Origin: a bacterium
GTDB taxonomy: Bacteria > UBA8248
Length of the DNA: 64,000 nucleotides
Assembly: GCA_965203325.1 (NCBI GenBank)
Contig: OZ241875.1
Location: 4,328,712 to 4,392,711, forward strand
Direction of reading: 5' to 3'
In this document: positions 10,049-19,282 of the stretch, one piece after another
Layout of the letters: each line of letters starts with the position of its first letter
Numbering within the stretch: position 1 is the first letter of the stretch
The notes under the pieces: generated by a model
What the model saw: the letters and a program-made list of their open reading frames with translations, nothing else
The model's database searches: none
What the model was told of the DNA's origin: nothing
Made by a program: the position numbers and the translations under genes

Positions 10049-10753
10049 ATGCTGGAGGCTTTTGGGGTATCCAGACGCTACGGATGGAGATGGGCGCTCA
10101 GGAATTTGTCCATTGCCGTCTCCCCCGGCGAGGCGCTCGCTCTTCTCGGCAAGAACGGATCGGGCAAGACCACGCTTCTCAAATCTTTTGCAGGTCTGCT
10201 CAGGCCGACCGAAGGGGTGGTTCAACTAAGCGGCGAGCCGCTCTCCCGCGAGGCGAAGGGCAGAATCGGCCTGCTCTCGCACGAGCCCATGCTTTATGCG
10301 GGTTTGACGATACGTGACAACCTCGGTTATTTCGCCAGGCTCTTTGGCATGGAAAGCGGAGATATACCGGTACGGGTGAGTCTTCTGGCGGAGATGCTCG
10401 ACATACGGGAGCGTCTCGACGAACCCGTGCGCGTCTTGAGCCAGGGTCTCAGGCAGCGCGCAGCACTTGCGCGCGCGCTTATACACGACCCCGAGGTCGT
10501 ATTGCTCGATGAGCCTTTCTCCGGCCTCGACCCGGATGCCGCCGAACGCCTGGAAAACGTCGTGCGCGCCCTTTGCGAGGGCCGAGAACGAATCGTGGTG
10601 TTCACGACGCACGACCTGTCAAAAGCCTTCGATATGGCGGGCAAAATCGCCGTTCTGGCCGGGGGCGGGCTTGTCTATGAGGGGAGTGCTGAAAATTCAA
10701 GCGAAGAAGAAGTGCTGGCCGCGTTCGATGAATCCCCTGGAGGCGCGGCATGA
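10049..10753 (+). CDS. ccmA: Heme ABC exporter ATP-binding protein
   Basis: GKNGSGKTT, LSQG, LLDEPFSGLD; ATGA overlap with ccmB. Confidence 0.9.
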   Translation: MLEAFGVSRRYGWRWALRNLSIAVSPGEALALLGKNGSGKTTLLKSFAGLLRPTEGVVQLSGEPLSREAKGRIGLLSHEPMLYAGLTIRDNLGYFARLFGMESGDIPVRVSLLAEMLDIRERLDEPVRVLSQGLRQRAALARALIHDPEVVLLDEPFSGLDPDAAERLENVVRALCEGRERIVVFTTHDLSKAFDMAGKIAVLAGGGLVYEGSAENSSEEEVLAAFDESPGGAA

Positions 10754-11439
10754 GGCGCTTTTTCTCCGTGCTCTCAGCGGTGGTCGAAAAAGATTTGCGC
10801 CTCGAATGGCGGACGAAGGAAAGCCTCCTCGTCATGGTGGTTTTCGCACTGCTTGTGCTCACGCTGTTCAGCTTCGCCTTCGGCCCCGGAGGCGGAAGCG
10901 GGGAGAACGCCCGCGCCGTGCAGGCGGGCATCTTGTGGATATCGTTTTTATTCGCCTGTGTCATCGGGCTGTCCCGCACCATGGGCGTGGAGCGTGAGAG
11001 CGCGGGTTTTTCTGCCATGCACGCGAGTCCGGCGGACCCTTCCGCTTTGTATCTGGGCAAAGTGGTGTCCGCGGCCGTTTTGATGGGAATCATGGAGTTG
11101 GTGGGCTTCGCCGTTTTGACGGTTCTCTATCAGGTGGATGTGTGGAAATCGGCCGGTGCGCTGGCGCTCATCGCCATCTCCGCCACGCTTGGAATCGCGG
11201 CCGCCGGTGCCCTGTTCGCCGCCATGAGCGCGCGTACGCGAACGCGAGAGGTCTTGCTGCCCGTATTGATGTTTCCCGTTCTTGTGCCTGTTCTGATCGC
11301 CGCCGTCAAGGCGACCGAAGCCCATCTCGGCGGCGGCGGATGGGCGGATTCGAAGGATTGGATTCGCTTGATGTTGGTGTATGATGTGATATTCTTGGTA
11401 GCCGCCTCTTTGCTCTTTGAATATATATTAGAGGAATAA
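10750..11439 (+). CDS. ccmB: Heme exporter permease
   Basis: KDLRLEWR, GILW, LYLGK, LLPVLMFP; multiple TM segments. Confidence 0.92.
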   Translation: MRRFFSVLSAVVEKDLRLEWRTKESLLVMVVFALLVLTLFSFAFGPGGGSGENARAVQAGILWISFLFACVIGLSRTMGVERESAGFSAMHASPADPSALYLGKVVSAAVLMGIMELVGFAVLTVLYQVDVWKSAGALALIAISATLGIAAAGALFAAMSARTRTREVLLPVLMFPVLVPVLIAAVKATEAHLGGGGWADSKDWIRLMLVYDVIFLVAASLLFEYILEE

Positions 11440-11517
11440 TATCAATGGGTTATATTCATATATCTATGAAATACTTTATGCTCTGCCGCCGCTCCGAATC
11501 GCCGGGGAGGTTGCCTG

Positions 11518-12213
11518 ATGGGCCATGACGAGCGGAGAGCGTTCGGGTGGTTGCCGGTTGTAGCCTTGTGCGTCCTTGCCTTCGCTATTTTTGCGGATTT
11601 CTTCATCGCGGGAACCGACAGGCTCCAGGGGCCGCCGCAGCGGATTTTCTACATACACGTGCCATCGGCCTGGGTGGCGTTTTTCGCCTTTTTCCTGGTG
11701 TTCATCTTCTCGATCAAATATCTGGCGAAAAGGAATCCGGACGACGACATCCGAGCGCACGCCTGCGCGGAGGCGGGAGTCGTTTTCTGCACGCTGGTGC
11801 TCATCACCGGGCCCATCTGGGCGCGTCCGGTCTGGGGCGTATGGTGGACGTGGGACGCGCGGCTCACCACCACGCTCATCCTGTGGATGATTTACGTGGG
11901 CTATCTCATGCTGCGCGCCTACATGACGGAACCCGGGCAAAGGGCGCGATTCGCCGCCGTGATGGGGATCATCGGCTTCCTGAACGTACCCATCGTGCAT
12001 ATGTCGGTGGAATGGTGGCGTACGCTCCATCCCAAACCCGTAGTGATGCGCTCGGGCGGGTTAAGGGAGCTGCCCGATTCCATGCACGTGGCCTTATGGA
12101 GTTCCCTGCTGGCCTTTATGCTCCTGTTCGCCTGTTTCGCCAGAAAGCGCGCGCAAATCGAGCGTCTGAGCGCGCGGGTGGAAGAGGCGCGCGCCGCGCG
12201 GGAGGGAGGGTGA
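11518..12213 (+). CDS. ccmC: Heme exporter/heme-handling protein
   Basis: FYIHVPSAW, WGVWWTWDAR (WWD domain), VPIVH, WWRTLHP. Confidence 0.95.
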   Translation: MGHDERRAFGWLPVVALCVLAFAIFADFFIAGTDRLQGPPQRIFYIHVPSAWVAFFAFFLVFIFSIKYLAKRNPDDDIRAHACAEAGVVFCTLVLITGPIWARPVWGVWWTWDARLTTTLILWMIYVGYLMLRAYMTEPGQRARFAAVMGIIGFLNVPIVHMSVEWWRTLHPKPVVMRSGGLRELPDSMHVALWSSLLAFMLLFACFARKRAQIERLSARVEEARAAREGG

Positions 12214-12344
12214 TGGGCTACGTGGCGGCGGCGTACATCGTCGTTCTGGGTGGATTTGCGCTTTATTGGTGGACTCTCAAGGCGCGGATGGATATTTTGG
12301 TGGAGGAGGAGAAAAAACTGAACCCCAGGAGAGATCCTCCATGA
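12213..12344 (+). CDS. ccmD: CcmD-like small membrane protein (43 aa)
   Basis: TGATG coupling to ccmC; MGYVAAAYIVVLGGFALYWWTLKARMDILVEEEKKLNPRRDPP (single TM plus charged tail). Confidence 0.75.
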   Translation: MGYVAAAYIVVLGGFALYWWTLKARMDILVEEEKKLNPRRDPP

Positions 12345-12829
12345 TGCGTTTTGGGCTCGCCTTGTGCCTGCTGGTCGCCTTGTGTCTCTATTCAGTAGCT
12401 CAGGCCGCGTCGCCGGGAGCCAAGACCACATTCTCAGAAGTGGCGGGCGCCCTCATGAGTCCGGTGTGTCCCGGGAAACTGCTGCACGATTGCCCCAGCA
12501 GCGAGGGCGCTCAACTCCGCGAACTCGTGCGCCGCAAGATATTCGCCGGGGAGTCGAAAGAGCAGATTGTCCGGTATTTCGTCGAGGTATACGGCAGAGA
12601 CGTTTTGCCCAAGCCTCCGGCGGAGGGCTTTTATCTCACCGCCTGGCTTCTTCCTTTCGGGGGGGTGTTGGCGGGTTTCGGCGTGGTCTTCGTTCTGGTG
12701 AGGTCGTGGACGAGGCGCCCCGAAGATGCCGGACATGGTGAAGGGCAACGTGAAGTCTCGCAAAAGGCCGCCTCGGACGACCCGCTGGAAAATCGCTTAC
12801 AGCGCGAGCTTGGTGATTTCGAGGGTTGA
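12341..12829 (+). CDS. ccmH: Cytochrome c biogenesis protein CcmH, variant (SPVC-x7-C)
   Basis: Signal peptide, LMSPVCPGKLLHDCPS, GESKEQI..YFVEVYG..VL..PP, TM; ATGA overlap. Confidence 0.85.
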   Translation: MMRFGLALCLLVALCLYSVAQAASPGAKTTFSEVAGALMSPVCPGKLLHDCPSSEGAQLRELVRRKIFAGESKEQIVRYFVEVYGRDVLPKPPAEGFYLTAWLLPFGGVLAGFGVVFVLVRSWTRRPEDAGHGEGQREVSQKAASDDPLENRLQRELGDFEG

Positions 12830-12860
12830 GCCGCCATACTCCGCAAGTCGAGAGTTTTCA

Positions 12861-13544
12861 ATGAACTATGATCCCAAGAGTGAACTTGCCAGAAATCTCG
12901 ATGGCTTCTCCCCGCACCGCCGGAGCATCAAGTGGCGGTTGATTGGGATGGTCATCAGCCTGATCCTGGTTGTCTGGATGATCGTGTATTTCGGCAATCA
13001 GGCAGAGCAGCCGGCGCAGGAGGCGGAGAGAAAGCAGGCGCAGCTGGCGCCGAAGGAGAGTGAAGGGGATGACGCCGGCTTGTACCGCGACATGATTTTT
13101 CTCAAACAGGTCAAGCGCACCGATGCCCCGGGTGTATTGCTCAAGACCCTGGACGGGCAGAATCACTCTCTCGCGCAGCATGCGGGAAAGCTCGTCCTGG
13201 TGAATTTCTGGGCGACGTGGTGCCAGCCGTGCATCCGGGAAATGCCCTCGATGGAGCGGCTTTATGCGAAATACAAGCCGAGTGGTCTCGAGATCGTGGC
13301 GATATCGCTGGATCAGGGGAATGAAGATGATGTGCGCGAGTTCGTCGCGAAGCTGAAACTGACTTTCCCCATCGTCCTCGACCCTGAGCACAAGGCGAAG
13401 GCGCTCTACAAGGTGCGGGGGCTGCCGACGACGTATCTCCTGGACAGGCAAGGCCAGGTAGCCGGCTACGGCGTGGGACCCCGCGAATGGGACAGCGAGG
13501 CCGCCTTCGCTCTTGTAGGTCATTTGCTTGATGAGAAAAGCTGA
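12861..13544 (+). CDS. TlpA/ResA/CcmG-like thiol-disulfide oxidoreductase
   Basis: VLVNFWATWCQPCIREMP, GLPTTYLLD; N-terminal TM. Confidence 0.92.
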   Translation: MNYDPKSELARNLDGFSPHRRSIKWRLIGMVISLILVVWMIVYFGNQAEQPAQEAERKQAQLAPKESEGDDAGLYRDMIFLKQVKRTDAPGVLLKTLDGQNHSLAQHAGKLVLVNFWATWCQPCIREMPSMERLYAKYKPSGLEIVAISLDQGNEDDVREFVAKLKLTFPIVLDPEHKAKALYKVRGLPTTYLLDRQGQVAGYGVGPREWDSEAAFALVGHLLDEKS

Positions 13545-13548
13545 AGGT

Positions 13549-14136
13549 ATGGAAGCGTCAAAAAGCTCGAGTCCCGACCAGCGAAAGGCCAAGCGGCTGG
13601 CCCTTTCGTTCATCCTGGCCCCGGTGCTGCTGACGCTGCTCTGGGCGGTGGGCGAGCGCCTGACGACAGAACGTGCCGAAGAAGCGCCCGTGACCAGTCT
13701 GGAGATCGGTGCTCAGGTTCCCCCTTTTGAATACCCGCTTCTGGGCGGTGGGAGCGCCTCTCTTGTAAGCCGGAAGAACAAGGTAGTGCTCATCAACGTG
13801 TGGGCCACGTGGTGCGTTCCGTGCCTGGATGAGATGCCGGATTTGCAGCGCCTCTACGCCCGGATGAAAAAAGACGGCGCGCCATTCGAGATACTGGCGG
13901 TGAGCATCGACGCCCTGGGAGCGGACGCCGTCCGGAGATTCGTCGATCGCTTCGGCCTCACGTTCCCGATTCTGCTCGACCCGCGCGGGAGCATCAAGAA
14001 GCTCTACCGCACGACCGGCGTGCCGGAGACGTTCATCGTGGATCGCCAGGGCCGTCTCCTGCAGAAGATCATCGGCGCCCGCAAATGGGATGCGCCTGCG
14101 ATTGTCCAATACCTAAAACAAGCCGCCGGCTCCTAG
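13549..14136 (+). CDS. TlpA/ResA/CcmG-like thiol-disulfide oxidoreductase (second copy)
   Basis: INVWATWCVPCLDEMP, GVPETFIVD; N-terminal TM. Confidence 0.92.
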   Translation: MEASKSSSPDQRKAKRLALSFILAPVLLTLLWAVGERLTTERAEEAPVTSLEIGAQVPPFEYPLLGGGSASLVSRKNKVVLINVWATWCVPCLDEMPDLQRLYARMKKDGAPFEILAVSIDALGADAVRRFVDRFGLTFPILLDPRGSIKKLYRTTGVPETFIVDRQGRLLQKIIGARKWDAPAIVQYLKQAAGS

Positions 14137-14217
14137 GTGGATATCCTGAAGCGTCCAATCTTCGACATCCGGATTTCGCATTCAAGCATGGCAATATGAC
14201 GATCAACAACGAACTAC

Positions 14218-14288
14218 GGGCGGACACACGGGTCCGCCCCTACGGGGTACGCGAATGGTTTCGTAGGGGAGAACCTGTGTGTTCTCCC
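14218..14288. repeat. Pair of GTAG-type REP palindromes between convergent genes
   Basis: GGGCGGACACACGGGTCCGCCCCTAC (14218-14243) and GTAGGGGAGAACCTGTGTGTTCTCCC (14263-14288). Confidence 0.8.
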
Positions 14289-14310
14289 GCATTCGCTTCC
14301 ATGAAGCGCT

Positions 14311-15414
14311 TCAAAGCTCGAAACCGAGTTCGAGTTCCTCGTTCAGCCTTTGCATCTGCTCCAGAACGGCAGGGGTGATGGGCACGCCGATGCGCCTGTT
14401 CTCCTCTTCGGCGATCGCCTCCGGTTCGCCGTGAATGTAGATGCGGTCGTGTCCCGGCGCCTTCTTCGCGCCCCGGATGGTCTCGAAGAGTTTTCCCATG
14501 TCGCCGAACATGGCGGATAAGTCCCTGAATCCCGACATCTTGATCGCGCCCATGAAGTGGCCCGTGGCGGATTTCGCCGTACCCGCAGCACCCGCCATGC
14601 GGCTCTCCAGGCCCGCGCCCGAGAGCACGCCGCACAGAAGCTCGATCATGAGCTGGAGGCCATAGCCCTTGTGGCCGCCGTTCTCGTCACCTTCGCCGCC
14701 CAGGGGCGCGAGCGGCACCTCGTAGTTCAGGATGCTCTTCTCGTTGAGCGTCGGCGTTCCCATCGAGGAGAGCACCCAGCCTTTGGGGACTTCACGGCCT
14801 TCGCGCAGGGCCGTCTCGATTTTGCCCACGGCCGTCACGGCGGTGGCCATGTCGAGGTGAAAGTCCGTGCCGCCCGGTCCGCCGGGTATCGCCACGCTCA
14901 TCGGGTTGGTGCCGAAAAGCGCCTCCCCCCCGAATGTGGGGGCGGTGCGGCGTCCGCCGTTCGTCATGCTGATGCCGATGAAGCCCGCCTCCATCGCCTT
15001 TTGGGCCCAATAGCCCGCGTAGCCGAAGTGGCTGCTGTTGCGCACGGTCACGAAGCCGGAACCGTGCCTTTCCGCCATGGCGAGAGCCTCGTCCATCGCG
15101 CGGTTTGAGGCGACGATGCCGATGGCGTCGTCCGCGTCGAGAAGGCCGGTGGTGTCGCTTCCTTTGTGGAACTTCATGTCGGGCCTATTGTTGAGCACGC
15201 CGTTTTCGAGGCGGACCATGAAAAACGTCAGCCGTGCGGCCCCGTGGCTGCGGATGCCTCTCAAATCGGCACTGACCAATACTTTCGCCACGAGGCGGGC
15301 GTCGTCCTCGGGCACGTCCTTGCTGCGGAATATGGTGTAGACGAACTCTTCGATGACTTCTGCGGGAAAGCGCACCGTGCCTTCGGGCAGGGGACCGGAC
15401 TCGACCATGAGCAT
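14311..15414 (-). CDS. Ldh_2 family oxidoreductase (malate/L-sulfolactate/ureidoglycolate dehydrogenase type)
   Basis: ADLRGIRSHG, NSSHFG, GTNP, LDMAT, GHKGYGL. Confidence 0.93.
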   Translation of the reverse strand: MLMVESGPLPEGTVRFPAEVIEEFVYTIFRSKDVPEDDARLVAKVLVSADLRGIRSHGAARLTFFMVRLENGVLNNRPDMKFHKGSDTTGLLDADDAIGIVASNRAMDEALAMAERHGSGFVTVRNSSHFGYAGYWAQKAMEAGFIGISMTNGGRRTAPTFGGEALFGTNPMSVAIPGGPGGTDFHLDMATAVTAVGKIETALREGREVPKGWVLSSMGTPTLNEKSILNYEVPLAPLGGEGDENGGHKGYGLQLMIELLCGVLSGAGLESRMAGAAGTAKSATGHFMGAIKMSGFRDLSAMFGDMGKLFETIRGAKKAPGHDRIYIHGEPEAIAEEENRRIGVPITPAVLEQMQRLNEELELGFEL

Positions 15415-15579
15415 CTCCTAAGAAAATGTTGATTTGGCACTGCGAGAAAGTTGCGCCATCTTAGCCCGTCTTTGCGCTTTTCGGGAAGTCGCGCCGGGGT
15501 GCGGTTCGCCTTGCGGGTTGCGCTTTTGTTTTGTCAAAATGCGCTTCTTTTCGGGAATGCTGTCTGGAACAGGGGAGAG

Positions 15580-16635
15580 ATGAACGTGGCTCGCATAGCG
15601 GTGGTGCGCGGAGACGGAATAGCGAACGAGGTCATGCCCGAGGCGGAGGAGACGCTGCGGGCGGCGGCCGGGGCGGCCTCGTTTCCGGTGGAGTTCGAGT
15701 ACTTCGACTGGGGGAGCGATCGGTATCTGGAACAGGGCAGGGGGATGCCCGAAGACGGCTGCGATACCCTTCGCGCAAGTTTCGACGCCGTGTTTCAAGG
15801 GGCCATCGGCGACCCGAGGGTTCCCGGTTCGATCGTGCAGGAGGAGGTGATTCTGGGGGTGCGCTTCGGGCTGGACTTATACGCCAACATCCGGCCTTGC
15901 AGGCTCTACCATGAGGATTTGACGCCGCTCAAGAATAAAGGGGCGGGCGACATCGACCACGTCGTGGTGCGCGAGAACACCGAGGGCCTGTTCGTGAACG
16001 TGGGCGGGTTTTTCAAGCAGGGGACGAAAGACGAGGTTGCCCTGCAGGAAGAGGTTCATACCTACAAGGGGGTGGAGCGCGTCATCCGGGCGTCGTTCGA
16101 GTTCGCGAGGCGCCACAAGCGCAAAAAAGTCACCATGGCGGACAAGGCGAGCGGGCTTCGCTACGCAGGCGGAATATGGCGGCGCGTGTTCGACGAGGTG
16201 CGGGCGGATTTCGGGGATATCGAGTCCGAAGCCAAGCACATCGACGCGGTGGCGATGGAGGTGATTCAGCACCCGGCGGAATTCGACGTCATCGTCACCA
16301 ACAACATGTTCGGCGACATTATGAGCGATATCACCTCGGGTCTCGTGGGCGGGCTGGGCCTGGCGCCTTCCGCGAACGTGAATCTCGAGGGGGTCTCGAT
16401 GTTCGAGCCGGTGCACGGCACAGCGCCCGACATCTACGGGCGCGGTATTGCCAACCCGATGGCGGCCATTTTGACGGGCGCTTTGTTGCTGGATCATCTG
16501 GGCTGCGGGGCGGGTGGAGCCTCTATCCGGCGCGCCGTGGAAGAGGCCATCGCGCACGGGGAGCGCACGGCGGACATCGGAGGGAGTTTGAGCACGAAAG
16601 AATGCGGTGATGCCGTGAGGAATAGATTGAGATAG
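15580..16635 (+). CDS. Isocitrate/isopropylmalate/tartrate dehydrogenase family protein
   Basis: GDGIANEV, YANIRP, VRENTEG, TNNMFGDIMSD, MFEPVHGTAPDI; ATG after GGAGAG. Confidence 0.9.
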   Translation: MNVARIAVVRGDGIANEVMPEAEETLRAAAGAASFPVEFEYFDWGSDRYLEQGRGMPEDGCDTLRASFDAVFQGAIGDPRVPGSIVQEEVILGVRFGLDLYANIRPCRLYHEDLTPLKNKGAGDIDHVVVRENTEGLFVNVGGFFKQGTKDEVALQEEVHTYKGVERVIRASFEFARRHKRKKVTMADKASGLRYAGGIWRRVFDEVRADFGDIESEAKHIDAVAMEVIQHPAEFDVIVTNNMFGDIMSDITSGLVGGLGLAPSANVNLEGVSMFEPVHGTAPDIYGRGIANPMAAILTGALLLDHLGCGAGGASIRRAVEEAIAHGERTADIGGSLSTKECGDAVRNRLR

Positions 16636-16673
16636 AAATACTTACATGGAATTATTCAAGTAGAATATAGGAG

Positions 16674-17039
16674 ATGAAAATGCCGGAGAAATCAGTAGTG
16701 GACGTTCAGAAAGCGGCCTTCAAACCCGTGGATTGGGGGCAGACGAAAATTCTGGTCAGCCCGACCGTGAACGGCTCCGAACACGTGCGCGTGGGGCTCA
16801 CCGAGTACGACCCGGCGACTCCGCATGAGCCGCACGCGCACCCCGGGCAGGAGGAAGTCATCTGGGTGCTGAGCGGGCGAGGCTATACGGAGACGCACGG
16901 CGAGAAAATCGACCTCTACCCGGGGGCGGTGGCGTTTATCCCCGCGGGGATGGAGCACAAGACGGCAGCCGTGGGTGAGAAGATGCAGGCCATCATCATC
17001 AAGGGACCGGTTCGCGACGCTGACGGGGTGTTGAGTTAG
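16674..17039 (+). CDS. Cupin domain protein
   Basis: PHAHPGQEEVIWVLSG ... IPAGMEH. Confidence 0.88.
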   Translation: MKMPEKSVVDVQKAAFKPVDWGQTKILVSPTVNGSEHVRVGLTEYDPATPHEPHAHPGQEEVIWVLSGRGYTETHGEKIDLYPGAVAFIPAGMEHKTAAVGEKMQAIIIKGPVRDADGVLS

Positions 17040-17121
17040 GAGAATCCCGGAAAACCGGGTTTCGTGTGGGTCGGTCGATTTGGAGCAGGTGAGAGTGGTG
17101 TGTCCTTGAAGTAATGGCGTT

Positions 17122-18168
17122 TTATGGCGCGGATATCAAAACCCGCTCGCCTTGAACTTCCAGTTTCGTTCCGAAGGGCTCGTTAAGAGCTTCCATGACG
17201 CCCGTGATTCGGCGGCCCTCGCCCCGATTTGAGGAATGGAGCCTGGGCTTGGAGAATACACCGGCCGTCACGGGGATCAGGTAGGGTTCTCTCACTCCAT
17301 TTTTGGTCAGCGCGCACCCGAAAAGGAAGGTGTCGTGCGTTTCGTCGGTGAAGAAGGGGATATCGAAGTCGAAAATCAGGTTCCCCATGCTGTAGACGAT
17401 GGGCGCGCCCTTGTGGAATTCGATAGCCTGGAGAACGTGCGGGTGGCCGCCCAAGACGAGATCGGCGCCCGCGTCGACGCTCGCGTGGGCGATTTCGCGC
17501 TCAAAGTCCATTACCTCGTGCGTCATGCTGGTGCCCCAGTGGTGGTTTACAACTACACAATCTGCTTTTTTCTTCAAATTCCTGATGTCGCGCTTCATGC
17601 GCGCGAGATGGGCGGGTTCCGCCCAGGTGTCGATCCGGGGCGGGGTGCCCGGATATTCGGAGAGGTCACGCCAGGGGCGATAGGCCGTGTGGGCGCGTAT
17701 GGGGTTCACGCCGGGATCACCCGCTGTGGCCTCGAAACCCCTCGGAATGACGGAGCAATACGCAAGAAAACCTATCGTCAGATTTCCGCGTTCGATGAGA
17801 ACCGGCTTTCTGGCCTGCGCGAGATTCATGCCGCCGCCCACGAGCGCAACGCCCAGAGAATCCATGAGCGACATGGTTTCCGCAAAGGCGTCTTCCCCGT
17901 AATCGAGCACGTGGTTGTTCGCAAAGGCCATGACGTCGAAGCCCGCCTCGGTGAGGGCGCCTGCCATTTCCGGCGCGCCGCGCAGAAGGATTTTCTCGGG
18001 CGCGGGTTTTCCGTCGTGAGAAAGGGGTAGTTCCAGGTTGGCGAAAGAGACGTCCGCTTCCCTGAGCAGGGGAATCAGCCTTCCGAAAGCGCCTTTCGCC
18101 TCCGGGCGGTTGATGGCGATGTCTCCTCCCGCCAGTAGTCTGGGGCTATCTTTAGCGCGGGGAGGCAT
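17122..18168 (-). CDS. CapA/PgsA-family metallophosphoesterase-like protein (no signal peptide)
   Basis: GDI, ANLE, ANNHVLDYG, HWG, GGHPHVLQ, YSMGN. Confidence 0.9.
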   Translation of the reverse strand: MPPRAKDSPRLLAGGDIAINRPEAKGAFGRLIPLLREADVSFANLELPLSHDGKPAPEKILLRGAPEMAGALTEAGFDVMAFANNHVLDYGEDAFAETMSLMDSLGVALVGGGMNLAQARKPVLIERGNLTIGFLAYCSVIPRGFEATAGDPGVNPIRAHTAYRPWRDLSEYPGTPPRIDTWAEPAHLARMKRDIRNLKKKADCVVVNHHWGTSMTHEVMDFEREIAHASVDAGADLVLGGHPHVLQAIEFHKGAPIVYSMGNLIFDFDIPFFTDETHDTFLFGCALTKNGVREPYLIPVTAGVFSKPRLHSSNRGEGRRITGVMEALNEPFGTKLEVQGERVLISAP

Positions 18169-18172
18169 GGGG

Positions 18173-19270
18173 CTATTCGGTGAGACAAAGACCGTGGTCG
18201 GGCGTGAAGGAGAGATACACCTTCTGGCCGGTGTCCAGTTCCTCGAAGTGGTCGATTTGCACGCCCACCTCGTGCGGGCCGACCTGGACCTGGCAGTCGA
18301 GGAAGTTGCCCAGATACACGGTGTCGATCACTTCGCCTTCGATGAGGTTCATCGTCTCGGCCGGTTTCTCGAGGTGCAGCAGGATGTCCTCCGGACGGAT
18401 GCTCAGGATGATTTTCGCCCCTACGGGCGCTCCCTCCGCGCCGGTGGCCCTGAGGCGGATGGGGGCGCTGCCGTCGCCCAGGGGGATTTCCAGGTCCGTC
18501 AGTTCCCCGTCGTGGCCGAGCAGCTTGCCTTCCATAAGGTTGGCCACGCCGATGAAATTCGCCACGAACGCGTTCGTGGGTTCGGCGTAGATGCTTTCGG
18601 GATCGCCGATTTGCTGAATCACGCCCTTGTCCATCACCACGACCCTGTCGCTCATGACGAGCGCTTCGGTCTGATCGTGCGTGACGTAGATCGAGGTGAT
18701 GCCCACGTCGTGCTGCAGGCGGGTGAGTTCGATGCGCATCTGCTCGCGCAGCTTGGCGTCGAGGTTGCTCAGGGGTTCGTCGAAGAGCACGACCTTGGGG
18801 TTGTAGACGATGGCGCGGGCGAGGGCGACGCGCTGGCGCTGCCCGCCGGAGAGCTTGGTGGCGTATCGCTCGGCGAGATGGCCCAGACCCACGAGGTCGA
18901 GCGCCTTCGTCGTTTTCTCCTTGATAGCGGCCCTGGTTTCGCGCCGGATCCTCAGGCCATAGGCCACGTTGTCGAAGACCGTCATGTGCGGCCAGACGGC
19001 GTAGCTCTGGAACACCATGCCCAGGTTTCTCTCTTCGGGCGTCAGAAAGACCTCGTTCGCCACGGAGGTGACGTAGTCGCCCTCGATTTGGATGTCGCCG
19101 CTGTCGGGATGTTCGAGGCCGGCGATGCACCTGAGCGTCGTGGTTTTGCCGCAGCCCGAAGGCCCCAGCAGGGTGACGAACTCACCCTGTTCGACGGAGA
19201 GGTCGACTCCCGCCACGGCCACTTCGGGCCCGAATGATTTAACCAGTTTTGAGATTTCGACGAATGACAC
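18173..19270 (-). CDS. ABC transporter ATP-binding protein (Fe3+/polyamine/PotA-like, TOBE)
   Basis: GPSGCGKTT, LSGGQRQR, FDEPLSNLD. Confidence 0.95.
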   Translation of the reverse strand: MSFVEISKLVKSFGPEVAVAGVDLSVEQGEFVTLLGPSGCGKTTTLRCIAGLEHPDSGDIQIEGDYVTSVANEVFLTPEERNLGMVFQSYAVWPHMTVFDNVAYGLRIRRETRAAIKEKTTKALDLVGLGHLAERYATKLSGGQRQRVALARAIVYNPKVVLFDEPLSNLDAKLREQMRIELTRLQHDVGITSIYVTHDQTEALVMSDRVVVMDKGVIQQIGDPESIYAEPTNAFVANFIGVANLMEGKLLGHDGELTDLEIPLGDGSAPIRLRATGAEGAPVGAKIILSIRPEDILLHLEKPAETMNLIEGEVIDTVYLGNFLDCQVQVGPHEVGVQIDHFEELDTGQKVYLSFTPDHGLCLTE

Positions 19271-19282
19271 TCTGTTTATCCT

